Positions 27,002 to 41,645 of a DNA stretch of 64,000 nucleotides are shown here, piece by piece (the stretch's first letter is position 1; every line of letters begins with the position of its first letter). The notes beneath the pieces were generated by a model. The model did no database searches. It had not been told where the DNA came from and saw only the letters and a list, made by a program, of their open reading frames with translations. Source of the stretch: the human T2T-CHM13v2.0 reference genome, Homo sapiens; NCBI RefSeq assembly GCF_009914755.1, contig NC_060946.1; one strand, 5' to 3'. Both the position numbers and the translations under genes were made by a program.

Positions 27002-28179
27002 TTCCCTACTCCCAGACCAGCTTATTGTTGCCCCCAGAGGAAACAGCGCCAGCGGGCAGTGCCCTCTTCTCAGAGATCCACACCTTGGCTCCCAGGGCCC
27101 CTCCTCCCTGCTTCTGGGCTGAGAGCCCCACATGCTTCCCTCTGCTTCCCCAGCCCAAGAGGTGGTGCTCCTTCCTGCAGTTACTACCCGTGCTGCCTCA
27201 GTTTCCCCCTTTTCCTCTTCCAGTCCTCTAGCACCGGTGTCATTCACATCCTACTGAAATCCTCACTGTTGAAATGCCGAGTAGAGTTGCTGGTTTTTGC
27301 CTGGCCCCTGACTTATGTAGTCCTTGGTACCAGGAGTGGTCTTAAAACATGGACCCTCCAGGATGGTTTGGAACTGGTTTGGTGTGTCTTGCCCTGAACA
27401 CAGGGCTGGGCTCCTCCCAGTGGGAAATGGGTCCTGGTGCTCTGTGGCATGTGCTGGGGTCACGCGGCAGGTGACTGAACTCCTGAGGTGCCGGGACCAG
27501 CCGGGCAGGGCCCCTTCCTCAGGGGTCCGGATCCCAGCTCCCTGGGTCTCTTCAAGCTTCTGACAACCCCGACCTCTGCCCGCCAATCTGTGTCAACTCA
27601 ATGCTGCCTTCTTGCTTCCTCAGTTCTCCAACACTTGATGAAGCAATTCCATACATTAAAATTTCTCTGCTGAAATGACGACTGCGTTTTCTGTCTTCCC
27701 GACTGTGCCTTGAACACTTCTTTTCTCTTCTTTTTTCTCCCGGCTGTTATCCACCCAGTGGGTGGCATCAACAGGTGGACCCCCATGACACAGTGCCTCC
27801 ATCTTGGCAAACCTTCACACAAACCCCACTGAGGATTCCTTCATAGCCTACCCATCTCCACGGTCAGCCCTAACCCACCTTCCCACTCTCTCCCTAGTAA
27901 TCCCTTACCCCAAATCTGGGCTCTGCATTCCTGTTCGCCCAGTCCCTGGAAATTCCTCAAGGCCACCTCCTTCCAGGTACCCCTAGACCAAATTCAAATC
28001 CTGTCCATTCTCTGCAAGGAAAGCTCAAAGAATACCCTTCCTGCACAGCCTCTGAAGGCCATCTCTCCCTCCTTCATCTTTATCTGTGTGGCTAACGTGG
28101 ATCGTTGCTCAGTGGTAGCGCACGATGTGATGTCAGAGCAACCCTCCCAGGAGGCTCTATTACCATCTCCATGTATATC

Positions 28180-28400
28180 AAGAGGCAGCATATTATGGTA
28201 CTTAAGGGCACAGACTCTGGAGCCAGACTCCAGCTCCATCACTTTCTAGCTGTGTGAGTTTAAATCAGTTACTTAACCTCTCTGTGCCTCAGCTGCAACA
28301 TGTATAACCTAAGATAATCATAGCACCTACCCCGCAGAATTGTTATGAGGATTTAATGAGTTAATATGCACAGTGCCTGGCATATATAAGTACTATTTAA
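28180..28400 (+). mobile_element. MIR, near full length (one of many MIRs in the window)
   Basis: CAGACTCTGGAGCCAGAC...GTTACTTAACCTCTCTGTGCCTCAG...GTTATGAGGATTTAATGAG...CAGTGCCTGGCATA. Confidence 0.85.
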
Positions 28401-29007
28401 GTGTTTTTTTAAAAGTAAACAAAATACAGATCAATGTCAAATGTTGTTTTCTTTCTTCTCCAGAACCAGAACAAGTAGCAGCTGTGCCTGGAGGCATTTC
28501 CCCGCATCTGGCACACAAAGGGCATTCGCTTTGTGTTCGCTGTGTTAGAACGTATCACACGCATCTTAGTTCTTCCTTGAGTGCAACTGACTCATGCTTG
28601 CAGGCCCACTGCACTTTGCACGGTGACTCTGACGTAGTAGGTGCTCAGCGAGTATCTGTTCAATGCATAAACACTTGAACTGAACGTCAGGTCCTTCAAT
28701 GACCAGTTATGTGAGAGAAAAAACAGAGTAACTCAGTTTAAACAGTAGGGCTGTGGGTCATGGATGGAAAAATAAAACCAATGGCATGTGTGTGGTGGGG
28801 GTGGGTGGAGAGGTGTCAGAGGGGGCTGATTTCTGGGCTGAGGTCTTTTGGTCCCTGGAAACTTCCAAGAGGAAATGCTGTGGAATCCCTGAAAAGAGGC
28901 TGCAGATTGAGGCGCAGGCTGGAGTTCAGGAGCCACTAACTAGGCAGTGGCTGCACTCAGGTGAAAGAACTACCCAAGGGAGTTGGGGGTAAAGAAGGGC
29001 ACAAAGA

Positions 29008-29611
<604 letters not shown>

Positions 29612-30410
29612 TAGAAGGACACAGAGGAGCACTACTTGAGGACAGAGTAGCTTGGGCTAAAGCCCTGGAAATCAGATTGGGACCCAGGGTCTGGATCATA
29701 CAGCTCTGCCACTTCCAGCTCTGTGACCCATGGCAAATGTTCTCATTTTTCTGGGCCTCAGTTGCCTCATCTGTAAATGAGGATGGCAATAATGCCAATC
29801 CCACAGGGTTGCTATGAGGATTCAATGAGACCACCTGTATTGAGGGTCTAGCAGAGCTGATGCACCCAAAGCGCCAGCAAGTTAGCTCCATGATGAAAAC
29901 CGAATTTAAAAAGAACCCAGAGAGAAGCCCATTTAAAAAAAAAAGTAACTTCAGAAAATAATGTTCCCACCTTATCCATAAGGAAATTAAAGCTCAAAAA
30001 GTGCTTCGTCCAAGATGACACAGCCAATAAGAGGAACAGGCAAAATTACTTTTGTTACACAACACTGCCTCCTCTGGTGCTCTGGAAACTGGAGATTCTC
30101 CTGAGAACCATTAATTTATTTTGCTCCAGTATGATTCAGTTACTACTGTCAGTCATCTTTCTGTGTGACCCTTTTATTTTCAAATTATAAAAGCCATTAA
30201 AAATATTATCATTTATTCTCAGTCTGGAAGAGGGGAATTTTTTAAAACAGGAATCTCTTTTTCTCTATATAATTTCTCACCACTTCTTTCCTGAGCTGGC
30301 CAGGGAAGCCTGGAAAGGTCACAGGTTTCAACAGAAACACGAGTTAAGAGTTTTGGAGTTGGCCAGATCTAGGGGCTGAAATCCTGCATAGGGCCTTCAC
30401 TAGGGGTTGA

Positions 30411-30795
<385 letters not shown>

Positions 30796-31579
30796 CTATG
30801 GTGAGATGATTACATGAAATATGTGTGCTTCACATGCAGTAAGCACTCAGTAACATGCATATGTGTTTTGCAGTCTATAATCCAAAATATTGTTTTTCTA
30901 AATGTGCAGACTGATACAAGGGGTACACTACAAATGTGCATGCCACATATTCACATATTCATCCATTCTAAAAGTATTTATTGAGTACCTACTATGTTCC
31001 AGGCATTGTTCTGGGTGCTTGGGATGTATCAGTCAACAAAACAAAGATTCCTGCCTTTGGGAGACTCAACATTTATGCCCTTCTTGGAGTGGGGCAGCAC
31101 AGTAACTTTGGGTCTTAAAGACAACACACAAGTGCCTTTTGCAAACTCTGGTCACTACACTCAGGTCACCGTTATCAGAGGGGGTGAGGTCGGGGGAAAA
31201 AATCCCATAGTAAAGACTACCAAAGTCACTGATGCCTAACTTTGGGGTACAGTATATGTTTAGCTGAAGCACTCAAGGTTTGCTTAAGCTTTGTTTGTTT
31301 TGTTTTGTTTTAACAAGTCTGCTTCTCCAGAGTTGTAACTAGTGATTTTTTAACGAGTCACCTCAACTGGTGAAGGTGGTCTCAGAGTATGTGACAGGGA
31401 GCAGGGGGAAATCCACTGGAGCTGCGAAGTGCCCTGGAAGATCATTCTTCCACGCCTAACGTAATTTACTGTATCAGTAATTGCAGTAACTCGCCTTTGG
31501 GAGGGAGAAAGGAAAAGGTAGGCAATTTAGGTGAACAAAAGCTCTGGATGAATTATGAAGGCTCTGGACTCCAGAGACC

Positions 31580-32620
31580 ACCGTATTCAAGCGCAAGTTT
31601 TCAGACTCACCTGCCAGGATGCATTTGGCTGCCAGCTTCACCATGGTAACCAACACTCCCGCGAGCCGTACCCAGAGGACAAGAGCGGCTGCTAGAGACG
31701 CGAGTGGGTGGGCTTCGGGCCCTGGGCTGGCCTGGGACGGGAAGGTGGGGAGGGGAGGGCTGATCTCAAGGGTCAGTGGCCGCGACGGGACTGGGGATGA
31801 CCGAGCCCGGCCCTTCTGGGCCGGGGGCGGATATCGGGCGCTGGGGGCGGGTGGGCAGGGGAGGGCTCCAGGTGGGCCCGGCTCGAGGCCTGACACGGCA
31901 GTCTGAAAAGGTGCAAGCGAGCGGACACGGCCTGTGCTCCCCGCCCAGCCCCTCAGCACAGCCCTACCCAGAGGGTTCAAGGAAGGACGATCCGGCTCTC
32001 CTCCGATCACAAGTACCGGGCCGGATGCACTCTCCAAGCAACCATAGCCCACCTGCCCCGCCTCCTCCTCCTCCTCGCTGACCCTCGATTGGTTGCCGCC
32101 AAAAGCTCCCACCCTCAAGGTCTCACAAAAATCCAATGGGAGTAGAGAGCTGGGATAACAGCCTTTTCTTGAGATGCAATTCGTAGAGTTATCAGTTCTT
32201 CAAGTTCAGTCTGCTTGACGAGTGGTTGTAATTGACGTCAACCAGCTTTATATCCCGCCCCCGCTGCGCCTGAGAGTCCCGAGATAAAGAAGCCTCCACG
32301 TCAAGCAGTCAGAAGCGGTGACAAGAGAAGCTTTCTGATTGGTCAGAGTCTGGCTTGACCCATCTTCGGGAGGAATAGGGATTCGCCACTCCCGCTGTCC
32401 TTCTAGAAGTGGGTTCGCCTACAATGGGGCAGGTTGGGCTCTAGGCGGTCTGGAGCGGCGCCTGCGCAGTGGGCCAGGCCGCCGCTGTAGAGGTCGTTTT
32501 GACTTGCTCTGACTTCGCGCGGTTCTCGCGGCTTCCCCGGTTCCCGGGTTCTGCACAGCGCGGCTATTAAAGTGCATGGAGAAGTGCAGTCCTTGCCCCG
32601 CATCCCGCAGGGAAATCTCA
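31580..32620. promoter_or_regulatory. CpG-island promoter of IFT27, likely bidirectional
   Basis: CpG-dense and GC-rich. CCAAT boxes at 32088-32092, 32133-32137, 32338-32342; palindromic CRE TTGACGTCAA at 32232-32241; GC box 32254-32261; NRF1-type GCGCCTGCGCA 32458-32468. Confidence 0.88.
31611..31644 (-). CDS. IFT27: IFT27 coding exon 1 (MVKLAAKCILA-G)
   Basis: ATG in good Kozak context (GTTACCATGG) at 31644; donor CAG|GTGAGT; 34 nt. Confidence 0.97.
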
Positions 32621-33686
32621 TTTTAAAAGCTCAAAGATGTAATGAGCGTTAAAATCTAAAATATGAAGGTGTTTTATTAAAGTGATGTTTGTGAACAAAG
32701 GGAGAACAAATACACTTTGATGGGGCTAAGCGGTGAGACTCGGAAACTTGAAGTCGTACTTTGCTCTTAGTCCATTTACTCTCTGCAAAAGGAGAATGCA
32801 TCACTAACCTCGTTTGCCCGTCACCCAGGGAGGCTCTCTGTACGCGTTTACTGGGTTGGGGGTGCCTCTTGCACGTGGTTAGGGGGTCAGAGACCTAAAT
32901 CCCTGGCCTGGACAAGTCACCTCATCCCTCAGCCTCAGGATGGGCCTAGGAGAACCCGCCTTGTGGGGTGGTTGTGGGGATGGAAGGAGAGAAACGTATG
33001 AGTGCCTGGGAGATAGTAGGTGCACACGTGATTGTGGGGTGGATGGGAGAGCGGAAGCTTATCTGGACAGATTTGGTTTATCATCACTGTCACTGGTTGG
33101 CCGAATGTACCCCTTGTTCTCACTTTCTCAGGGCCCCTGGGATTCTGATGGCTGATGCTGAAGGGAAGAGCAGCCCCTCAGCAAAGGTGCCTGTGCGAAA
33201 GTTCCACATTCCCTCCAGACACCTAGAACATTCCACCTCTCCGCCACTCTGCATCTCAGAGTGGCTGCCAGCCTTGTGTGGGGGAATAAACACACACACT
33301 CTATGAATGGCTGATGGTTTCAGCCCCGAATCCAGAGTAAATGCAAGTTGTCTGAGATGTTCTTTCCTTGGGATTCATTCCTGGCGCTACGGTAAAGGTC
33401 TGTTTCTCCTTCATTTCTCGTAACTGCTTTTCTTCTTTGGTGACATCACGTGAGTCTGTCTCAGACATCCAGGTCTGAGTGAGCAAAAAGCCTCTTTCTG
33501 GTCTTCTGCCTTCCTCTTGCCGGCTCCCCTCCAGGCCAACCTGTTCACCATGAGTGACCCTGTTAATCCCTTAAAGGACCCCATTTGGTGAGTCACCCTC
33601 CCGAGGCAGCTCCACGTAGCTAAGACACAGACACACATCAGGGCAGCCTCCGAAGCCTTGGTTCCTTCATTTTGCGAGGTGGGTAA

Positions 33687-34170
33687 TGACAGAGCCGGAG
33701 CATAGCCATCTTGGACAAGCACTGCCATTTTAAAGTTCTCCTTGATCAAAAACGGCCTAAATTCAACCCAAAGGGCATCAGCCTAATGGCTAATGTCAGA
33801 ATGACCATAAACCACAAGTGACATCTCCAATCAGAAACATTCCAACCCTAAGATAAACCCGCCCCCCGACCAGAGACATGCAGCCCCAAGATAACCTCCC
33901 CTCTGGTCAGAGAGATGTCAGCCCCAACATAACCCACCCTCAGACCGGAGACATTCCAACCCCACAGTAAACTTCTCCTCCACACAGAAACATTCCAAGC
34001 CTGTGGTAAGCTCTCTTGCCCTAAACCCTTAAATACTCTTAGTCTGTAAGAGAGAGCACTCCTGACTGAAATTGGCCAGAAGCCCCTCTCAGGTTTATGC
34101 TCCAAAATAAACCTGTATTTAACTGTTGAGCCACTTTTCATGTTTCTTGCCTCTTTCTTTAACTCTTGCA
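33687..34170 (+). mobile_element. Solo ERV LTR (ERV1 class, possibly LTR15-like)
   Basis: TG...CA ends; perfect 5-bp TSD GGTAA (33682-33686, 34171-34175); internal ~39-bp repeats; AATAAA at 34106-34111. Confidence 0.88.
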
Positions 34171-35749
34171 GGTAATAATCACACCTCCCTCCCAGGGCTG
34201 TTCTCTGTTCCCCACCCACTGTCTCCCTTTTGTTGCTGCTACTCTGTGTGATTTTAGTCAGCATTATCATAAGAGCATTGTAGAACTTTCTAGAGAGATG
34301 GTAAACACTTGTATGGTGAATTCTGTCCCCCTTCACCTCATGGACCCAAGGGCCTTCTATACATTTCTGTGACTGAAGGTAAGCTGAATGAGAGTCACTA
34401 GGTTTAAGGTGGTCAGAGAATTTTGGAGCCATGGGGGCTCCTGAGCAATTCGAGTTATCCCATTTCTGAGCAGCTCTAATAGTCACAGCTGGCCTATGTT
34501 GACCACAGACTTAAGGCTGGCCTTGTTCTAAGTGATTTTAGGGATTAATTAGTTTAATTTCACATTTACATTTGATATTCACAATAACCATGTATCATCC
34601 CCATTTGATAGATGGGGAAACTAGGGCCCAAATGAGATTAAGTGAAACACCGAAGGTCACCTAGCTAGTGAGTAGCAGAGATGGATTTGAACTCCTTCTC
34701 ACCCTTCCTAAAGAGCAAATACTTATTGAGTTCCTTGCCGTAATAACTTGCGTTGATTGAGCATTAGATGTGAGGCATCTGCTAAGCACTTCACATCCTC
34801 TCTCCTGTATGAAACCATGACCCTGGGAAGTGGAAACTCTCATTCATTTGAAGAAAGGAAAGAGCCACAGAGAGGCCAAGGTCATGCAACAAGTCAGCCA
34901 GATCCAGAACCAGCCTCAGATCTCTTGACTCTGGGGACCAATGTTTGTTTCTTTGTTTTCCCCCATTATCCAGCATAGTCTCTCCATTTTCATTAATTAG
35001 CTTTTCTTGAGTGCCTACCATCAGCCAGGCATGGTGTTGGTTGCTGGATCCACTGAAGGGTGGGGATGACAGAGCCCCAGGCTTTACCTCTGGGTGAGAT
35101 ATCACGGCAATGTGGGAATACGGGCCCAGGGTTGCACACTTTTCTAGAGGAGCCAGGAATCTGGATTTTTGTGTGAAATCCCCTGACCTGTTAGTGTTGG
35201 CAATGAACTTAAATTTAAAACACTGTAGCTGCAGTAGAAACCTCTGTTGACCGGTTCAACCTGGGGGCTGCTCATCTACGATCTTTGGTAAAGAAAGGAA
35301 GACCAACATGTGGACAAGTCACTGTGCCACAGGTGGATATGGGACTCCCTATGTACACCTCGAGGAGCATTCCTAACCCTGGGTGGATGGAGAGGGAGTC
35401 GGGAAGGATATTCTGAAAGGAGAGCCTTGTAGGAATTTGCGAGGTGGACACAGGGGAAGGCAAATGCTGGGTGGATGGGTCAGCACATGCAAAGGCTCAG
35501 AGCTCTGGGAGGGCAGCAGATGGAACACACGGTGGAATGGCAAGACCCAGAGTAGAACCCTTGTTTGAGGAATTAATTCAACAAATATTCTGTTGAGTGC
35601 TTGCTAAGCACTAGGACGTAGAGGTGGACAGAACCATCTAGCCCAGTGGAGCGGCAGATGATCAAGCAGTAATGATCTATGATTGCATGTAGTCAATGTT
35701 GAATAGGGGAGGATGTGGTGCAGAAAGAACAAATACCCTATGCTCTGAT

Positions 35750-35905
35750 CCCTGGACTGGCACACCAGCATCACCTGGGGATTAGTAAGAAATGCATTTT
35801 CCCAGGCCCCACCCCTGACCAGCTGAACACTGGAGGTGGAGCCCACAATCTGCTTCCATAAGGCCTCCTGGTGACTCCGACACAAGCTCATGTTGAGAAC
35901 TGCTT
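35750..35905. mobile_element. MER5A-like hAT fossil
   Basis: CAGCATCACCTGGG...AGAAATGCA...CAGGCCCCACCCC...TTGAGAACTGCT. Confidence 0.75.
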
Positions 35906-36184
35906 TTCTTAGCTAATGCCAGGACCCACCTTTATCTACTCTATTGGGTCATTTTACTGTTTTTCAAGCTCCTCGGGAACGTTCCCACCGCAGGGCCTTT
36001 GTACGCACTGTTCCCAATGAGGCTGTATGACTCTCCTTCATGATCTTCAGATCTCAGCTCAAACGTCATGCCTTCGGGGAGCCCTCCCAAATACACAATT
36101 TAAGCATCGCCCCCAATCTGTCAGTCTCAATATCCTTGACTTACTTTACTTTCTTCATAGCGTTCACTACTACCAGAGATTACA

Positions 36185-36487
36185 CAGTCTGTCCCTCTGT
36201 ATCCGTGGGGGATTGGTAACCATGGATATCAAAATCCAGGGCTACTCAAGTCCCCTATATAAAATGTTGTAATATTTGCACAAAACCTACACACGTCCTC
36301 CTGTATACTTTAAGTCACCTCTAGATTACTTTCAATAACTAATACAATGGAAATGCTATAGAAATATTGGTATACTGTATTTTATCTGTATTATTTTTAT
36401 TGTTGTATTGTTATTTTTTTATTTTTGCAATGTGCAGTTAGTTGAATCCAGAGATGTGGAACCCGTGGATGCAGAGGGCCACCTATA
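36185..36487. mobile_element. MER2-like Tigger fossil
   Basis: Inverted termini CCCTCTGTATCCGTGGG ... CCCGTGGATGCAGAGGG. Confidence 0.8.
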
Positions 36488-37381
36488 TTCCATATTTATT
36501 AGTTTATTTATATGGTATCTGTCGCCCTCCACTAGAAGGTAAGCTTCATGAGAACTGACACTTGGTCTCTTTTGTTCACCCAGTATCTAGGACAGTCCCC
36601 TGCATGGTGAGGCACCCCGTAAATACTTCTGAATGAATGAATGACTCTCATAGGGTTTACCCTTCCGGTTGTGTATTCATTCATTCAACAAGCACCAACT
36701 CTTGAATATCAGTTTTTGGGCAAGCAATGGGCTTACTACTGAGAGATGTGCAATGACCATTCAGATGGGGTAACCTCATCCTGGGTCCTCTCCCACCCCT
36801 AGCCTGCACCCCTAGCTACACCCATATGCTCTGTGGAAGAGGAAGTATTAACAGTGCTGCTTCCCAAAGCCAGGGACTAGACTGTTGGGGCTGATTACTG
36901 GGGCTTTGGGTAAGAGGGGAGTGGAGGGGCAGCTGCTGACAAGTTGTTCCCAGAAATTGTTCAATCATCCTGGGGTTGAACACGTCCCGACATCCCTGAA
37001 GAGCAGCATGCGGATGAGCCACGGCTCCCTGCCAGGGACAGCAGCAACATTCCACGCACAGCGCCAGGGCTGATCATCCCCAGTGCAGGGCCCAAGCCCC
37101 TTTGCCACTGTGTCTTGACAGCCAGGGGGTTCTCCTTCTGCCTGGGCCCCATCACAGCCCCTTCACTTATAGGGTGTAGTAGCAGAATTGTTGGATGGAA
37201 TCCAACAATTGGGTAAATAGGAGATTTTAGGGGAAATTAAATAATTGAGAGTGATTCTGCATGAATTCTCAAGAAGAATATCTTTCATACATTAAAGCAG
37301 ATTTGCTCAAATGCCCTCATGTCAGAGGCAATGCCAAAAAGAGAGTGCTAATAGATTTGTAGAAATTTTATGTATTTAGAT

Positions 37382-37586
37382 CAGGGTTTCCCTACCTCGG
37401 CACTATTGACATTTGGGGGTGAAGGGTTCTTAGTTATGGGGGCTGTCCTGAGCAATATAGACAGCATCTCTGTCCTCTGCCCACTAGATGCCAGAGCAAG
37501 CTCCCTTGCTGAGACCACCAAAAATGTCCCCGGACATTGCCAAATGTCCCCTGGGGGGCAAAATCTTCCACGGATGAGAAGCACTG
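37382..37586. mobile_element. MER20 (hAT-Charlie)
   Basis: CAG...CTG ends; GGCACTATTGACATTTG and GACATTGCCAAATGTCCCCTGGGGGGCAAAAT motifs; perfect 8-bp TSD ATTTAGAT. Confidence 0.9.
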
Positions 37587-38135
37587 ATTTAGATGTATGA
37601 ACCCACTGAATAAAGGATATTGATTTTGCACTTGCAATCTACAAGGCCTTGGGCCTCGGGCTTCCTGGGCTTGAATCTTTGTCTTGCCACCTCTCCTCTG
37701 TGTCTCAGTCTCCTCCCACCTGCTCCAGTAGGCGCTTTGAGGCTCAGAAGAGTGGCCACATGCAAGGGGTCCCCAGCACGCCTGACACGTGGTAAGACTC
37801 AGTGAGCACCAGTTCTGATGAACAGCCACTGGGGTGGCCATGAGTCCCTGGAGGAGGATTTATAATGCGGTGGTACAGTTCTGTTTTACAATTTCCTATA
37901 ACGCACTGTCACATCTGGTGCACTGCCTTCTCTCGGTAATGACCTTTGCTGTTCTTTTTTCCACTGTTCACGTGGGCCCGGTTGTTTATGTCTCCGCTGA
38001 TGCAGTACTTGGCGGTGGCCATCTCAATAAAGGGCAGAGGAAATGGAACTGACTCACCTTCTGTGCGCCCGGAATGCAAAGTGGAGGCCTGAGCTGTGGC
38101 CTCGGCGGGGCACGGAGGCCGCGATGTCCTGATTC

Positions 38136-38154
38136 TGTCAGCAGGGGGCAGCAG
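38136..38154 (+). promoter_or_regulatory. Candidate CTCF site
   Basis: TGTCAGCAGGGGGCAGCAG resembles the CCASYAGRKGGCRS consensus; lies in a small CpG-retaining non-repeat patch. Confidence 0.55.
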
Positions 38155-38920
38155 CAGCCGGGAAATTGTCTGCTGCAGGAGGGCAGAAGGGCTGCCGCCT
38201 TTTGACTTATTTGCTGCCGCCTTTATTTAAAGTTGAGCAAATCATCCCTCCAGAGCCACCCGGAGGCCCCCTTTAACAGCCCGAGATACTCCATCTGCAG
38301 AAGCCAAGAGCCGCTTTTCCAGAACGTTCCACATTAGTGCATCTCTGTCCGTTTGCTCGCCAACTGAGAATGAGAGGCTGAGACATCACCTGGGCGCCTC
38401 TCTTTGAGGCGCGGTGCTTTGATTTACATCCCAGAGCCAAGGGCTCCTGAGTCCTGCTGGAGAGTTCTTCTCGCACCTGCCGCCTTCCCTCACTGCCCCC
38501 TTTCCACACTCCACGCATAAAGCCTGGGTGGTTGTGTTCAAGGAGGGCCAAGGAATTCTGGGTGCCCCAGGCTGAAGCTATGTCAAATTCTGCTAGAGGC
38601 AAAGTTGAGTGGGTCCCTGACACTCTACCCTTTTTTCCCTTCCCCGGCCCCCACTCCATATAACACCCTGCAGCTGCGCGACACAGTGCCCTTCCCAGAA
38701 CAGCCCTCCCCCGGCAGCTGCACCCACCACACTCAGGGCCCATCTTAGTTGATTCCTCACCTCATGCACTTGGAAACTTAATAGCCCAGTTTCATTCTCG
38801 CATCATACCTTGGAATACGCCGTAGACATCCTGGGTTCCATTTTCCACCCAGCGGCCAGCATCGTCCTTTACAAATCTTAATTTCGGATAGGTAATCTCA
38901 CCCCAAGATTCAACATTTAA

Positions 38921-39328
<408 letters not shown>

Positions 39329-40216
39329 ACATACACATTCTCATTCTTTCTCTCCTTCTTCCCTCTGCAAATAGAAGCCAGCACCCGCTCTTCCATCTAA
39401 TGTACTTTGGAGTGGCCCCATGTCTGTACTCAAAGTGCCCTCGGTCTTTTGTGTGGCTGAGTCCCGTTCAGCTGTAAAAAGTGATACTTCTAAATATCAC
39501 CGCATTTCCACTGAAAGTCCCCCAAAGGCTTCCCACTGTGCTTGGGGGAAAGTCCACCTTTCCCACGGAGCTGTCAGGACTGGTGAGTGGGCAGTGCCTC
39601 CTCCCTGGCAGTTTTCATCTGCCCAGCAGCTGGCTCTCTGCATCCTCACATTCGACTTGCCCGTTCTGCCTCAGGGCCTTAGCCCTGCTGCCCTCACTCA
39701 TCTAGTTAACTCCTGTATGCCTTTCTCAGCTCAAACATCATTTGCCCTCCATGTCCTGCACACTCTGGACACCAGTGGCAGTCACCACCACTTGTAGTTA
39801 CTGTCGGGGCACACCACTGCAGGCTCTAGAGCCAGACAGACCCCTGGGGTTCAAATCCCAGCTCCACCACTTCCTTGCTGTGTGACCTTGGGCAGCTGAC
39901 TACACCTCTCTGTCCCTGTTTCCTCCCATGTGGAATGGGAGCATGAATAGATCCCTGGTCCTGGGGTTTTGTAGTGGGGATTAAATGACTGGCCAGAGCA
40001 AGCCTCTACTACCTGCTGGTGCAAATCTTTGAGGGAGGACCACGTCTCCTTGGCAGCCATCATATCCTGGTGCCTGGTTGATAGTAGGAGTTCTATAAAT
40101 ATGAGTCAAAATGACTGCACTTTAGTATGGGTCTCTGTAGGAATCATCGTCTTAACCCACTGGTTCTCAAACTGAGCCGCTCATGATACTAGTTAATAAC
40201 ATGATAATAACAGCCA

Positions 40217-40594
<378 letters not shown>

Positions 40595-41257
40595 TTAGAT
40601 TGTGTCATCTCACTCTCACAACCATCTGGACAGGCAGGTAGCATCATGATCTCAAGATCCCTATTTTACAAGTGAGGAAACTGAGGTACAAAGAGATTAA
40701 GTAGCTTGTCAGAGGTCACACAGTAGCTGAGCTAGGAGTCAAATTCAGGAAGCCTTCTAGGAAACAATAAACATTTGATAAACATTGTCTTAACCCAAAG
40801 ATGCTTATCTCTGTGACTAGGGGAAGGGGCTCTGCCTAATTCTATTCTGGGCAGGTGTCCAGACCCAGCTCAAATGCCCCTCCTTCCTCCTACCTCCAAC
40901 CCTGCATCCCATGTCCTGATTTACACCTGGACTCTCAGAGAGGAGAGGTGGCTGTTCTACCCAAACCAATCCATCTAATTAAGGATTTGCAGCCCCTGAT
41001 ATCCTCTCCAGCCAGTGCCCTGACTGTTATCCCCTCTGAGCCTTCTGCGTCTGCTGCCCTCTGCCACCCCTGCTGCCCACACAAGCTCGAGCCTTTCCCA
41101 CATCTCCAAGGGAGACCATCCCTTATTCCTGCATTTCATCCTTGAAAGTATGGCTCCTCCAAGGACTTTCCAGGCCCTCTTTCATTCCCTCACCTCCACT
41201 TATTCCATGATATGCCACAAACCATCTTACCCCAAACCTGTGTCAAAGGTTACTCAT

Positions 41258-41645
<388 letters not shown>

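Noticed and set aside
31474-32136. 220-aa ORF as a standalone protein
   Set aside because: It is the IFT27 5' leader plus exon 1 plus read-through into intron 1 past a consensus donor, and it starts at TTG.
33848-34486. 212-aa minus-strand ORF
   Set aside because: Crosses an LTR boundary in antisense, has a non-ATG start and no recognisable domain.
36216-36229. X-box-like GTAACCATGGATAT 4 kb upstream of IFT27
   Set aside because: Lies inside a MER2 fossil, has an imperfect right half-site and no other support.
37186-37210. Small perfect hairpin AATTGTTGGA-5nt-TCCAACAATT
   Set aside because: A 10-bp stem is too short for a pre-miRNA and may be chance or a decayed transposon end.
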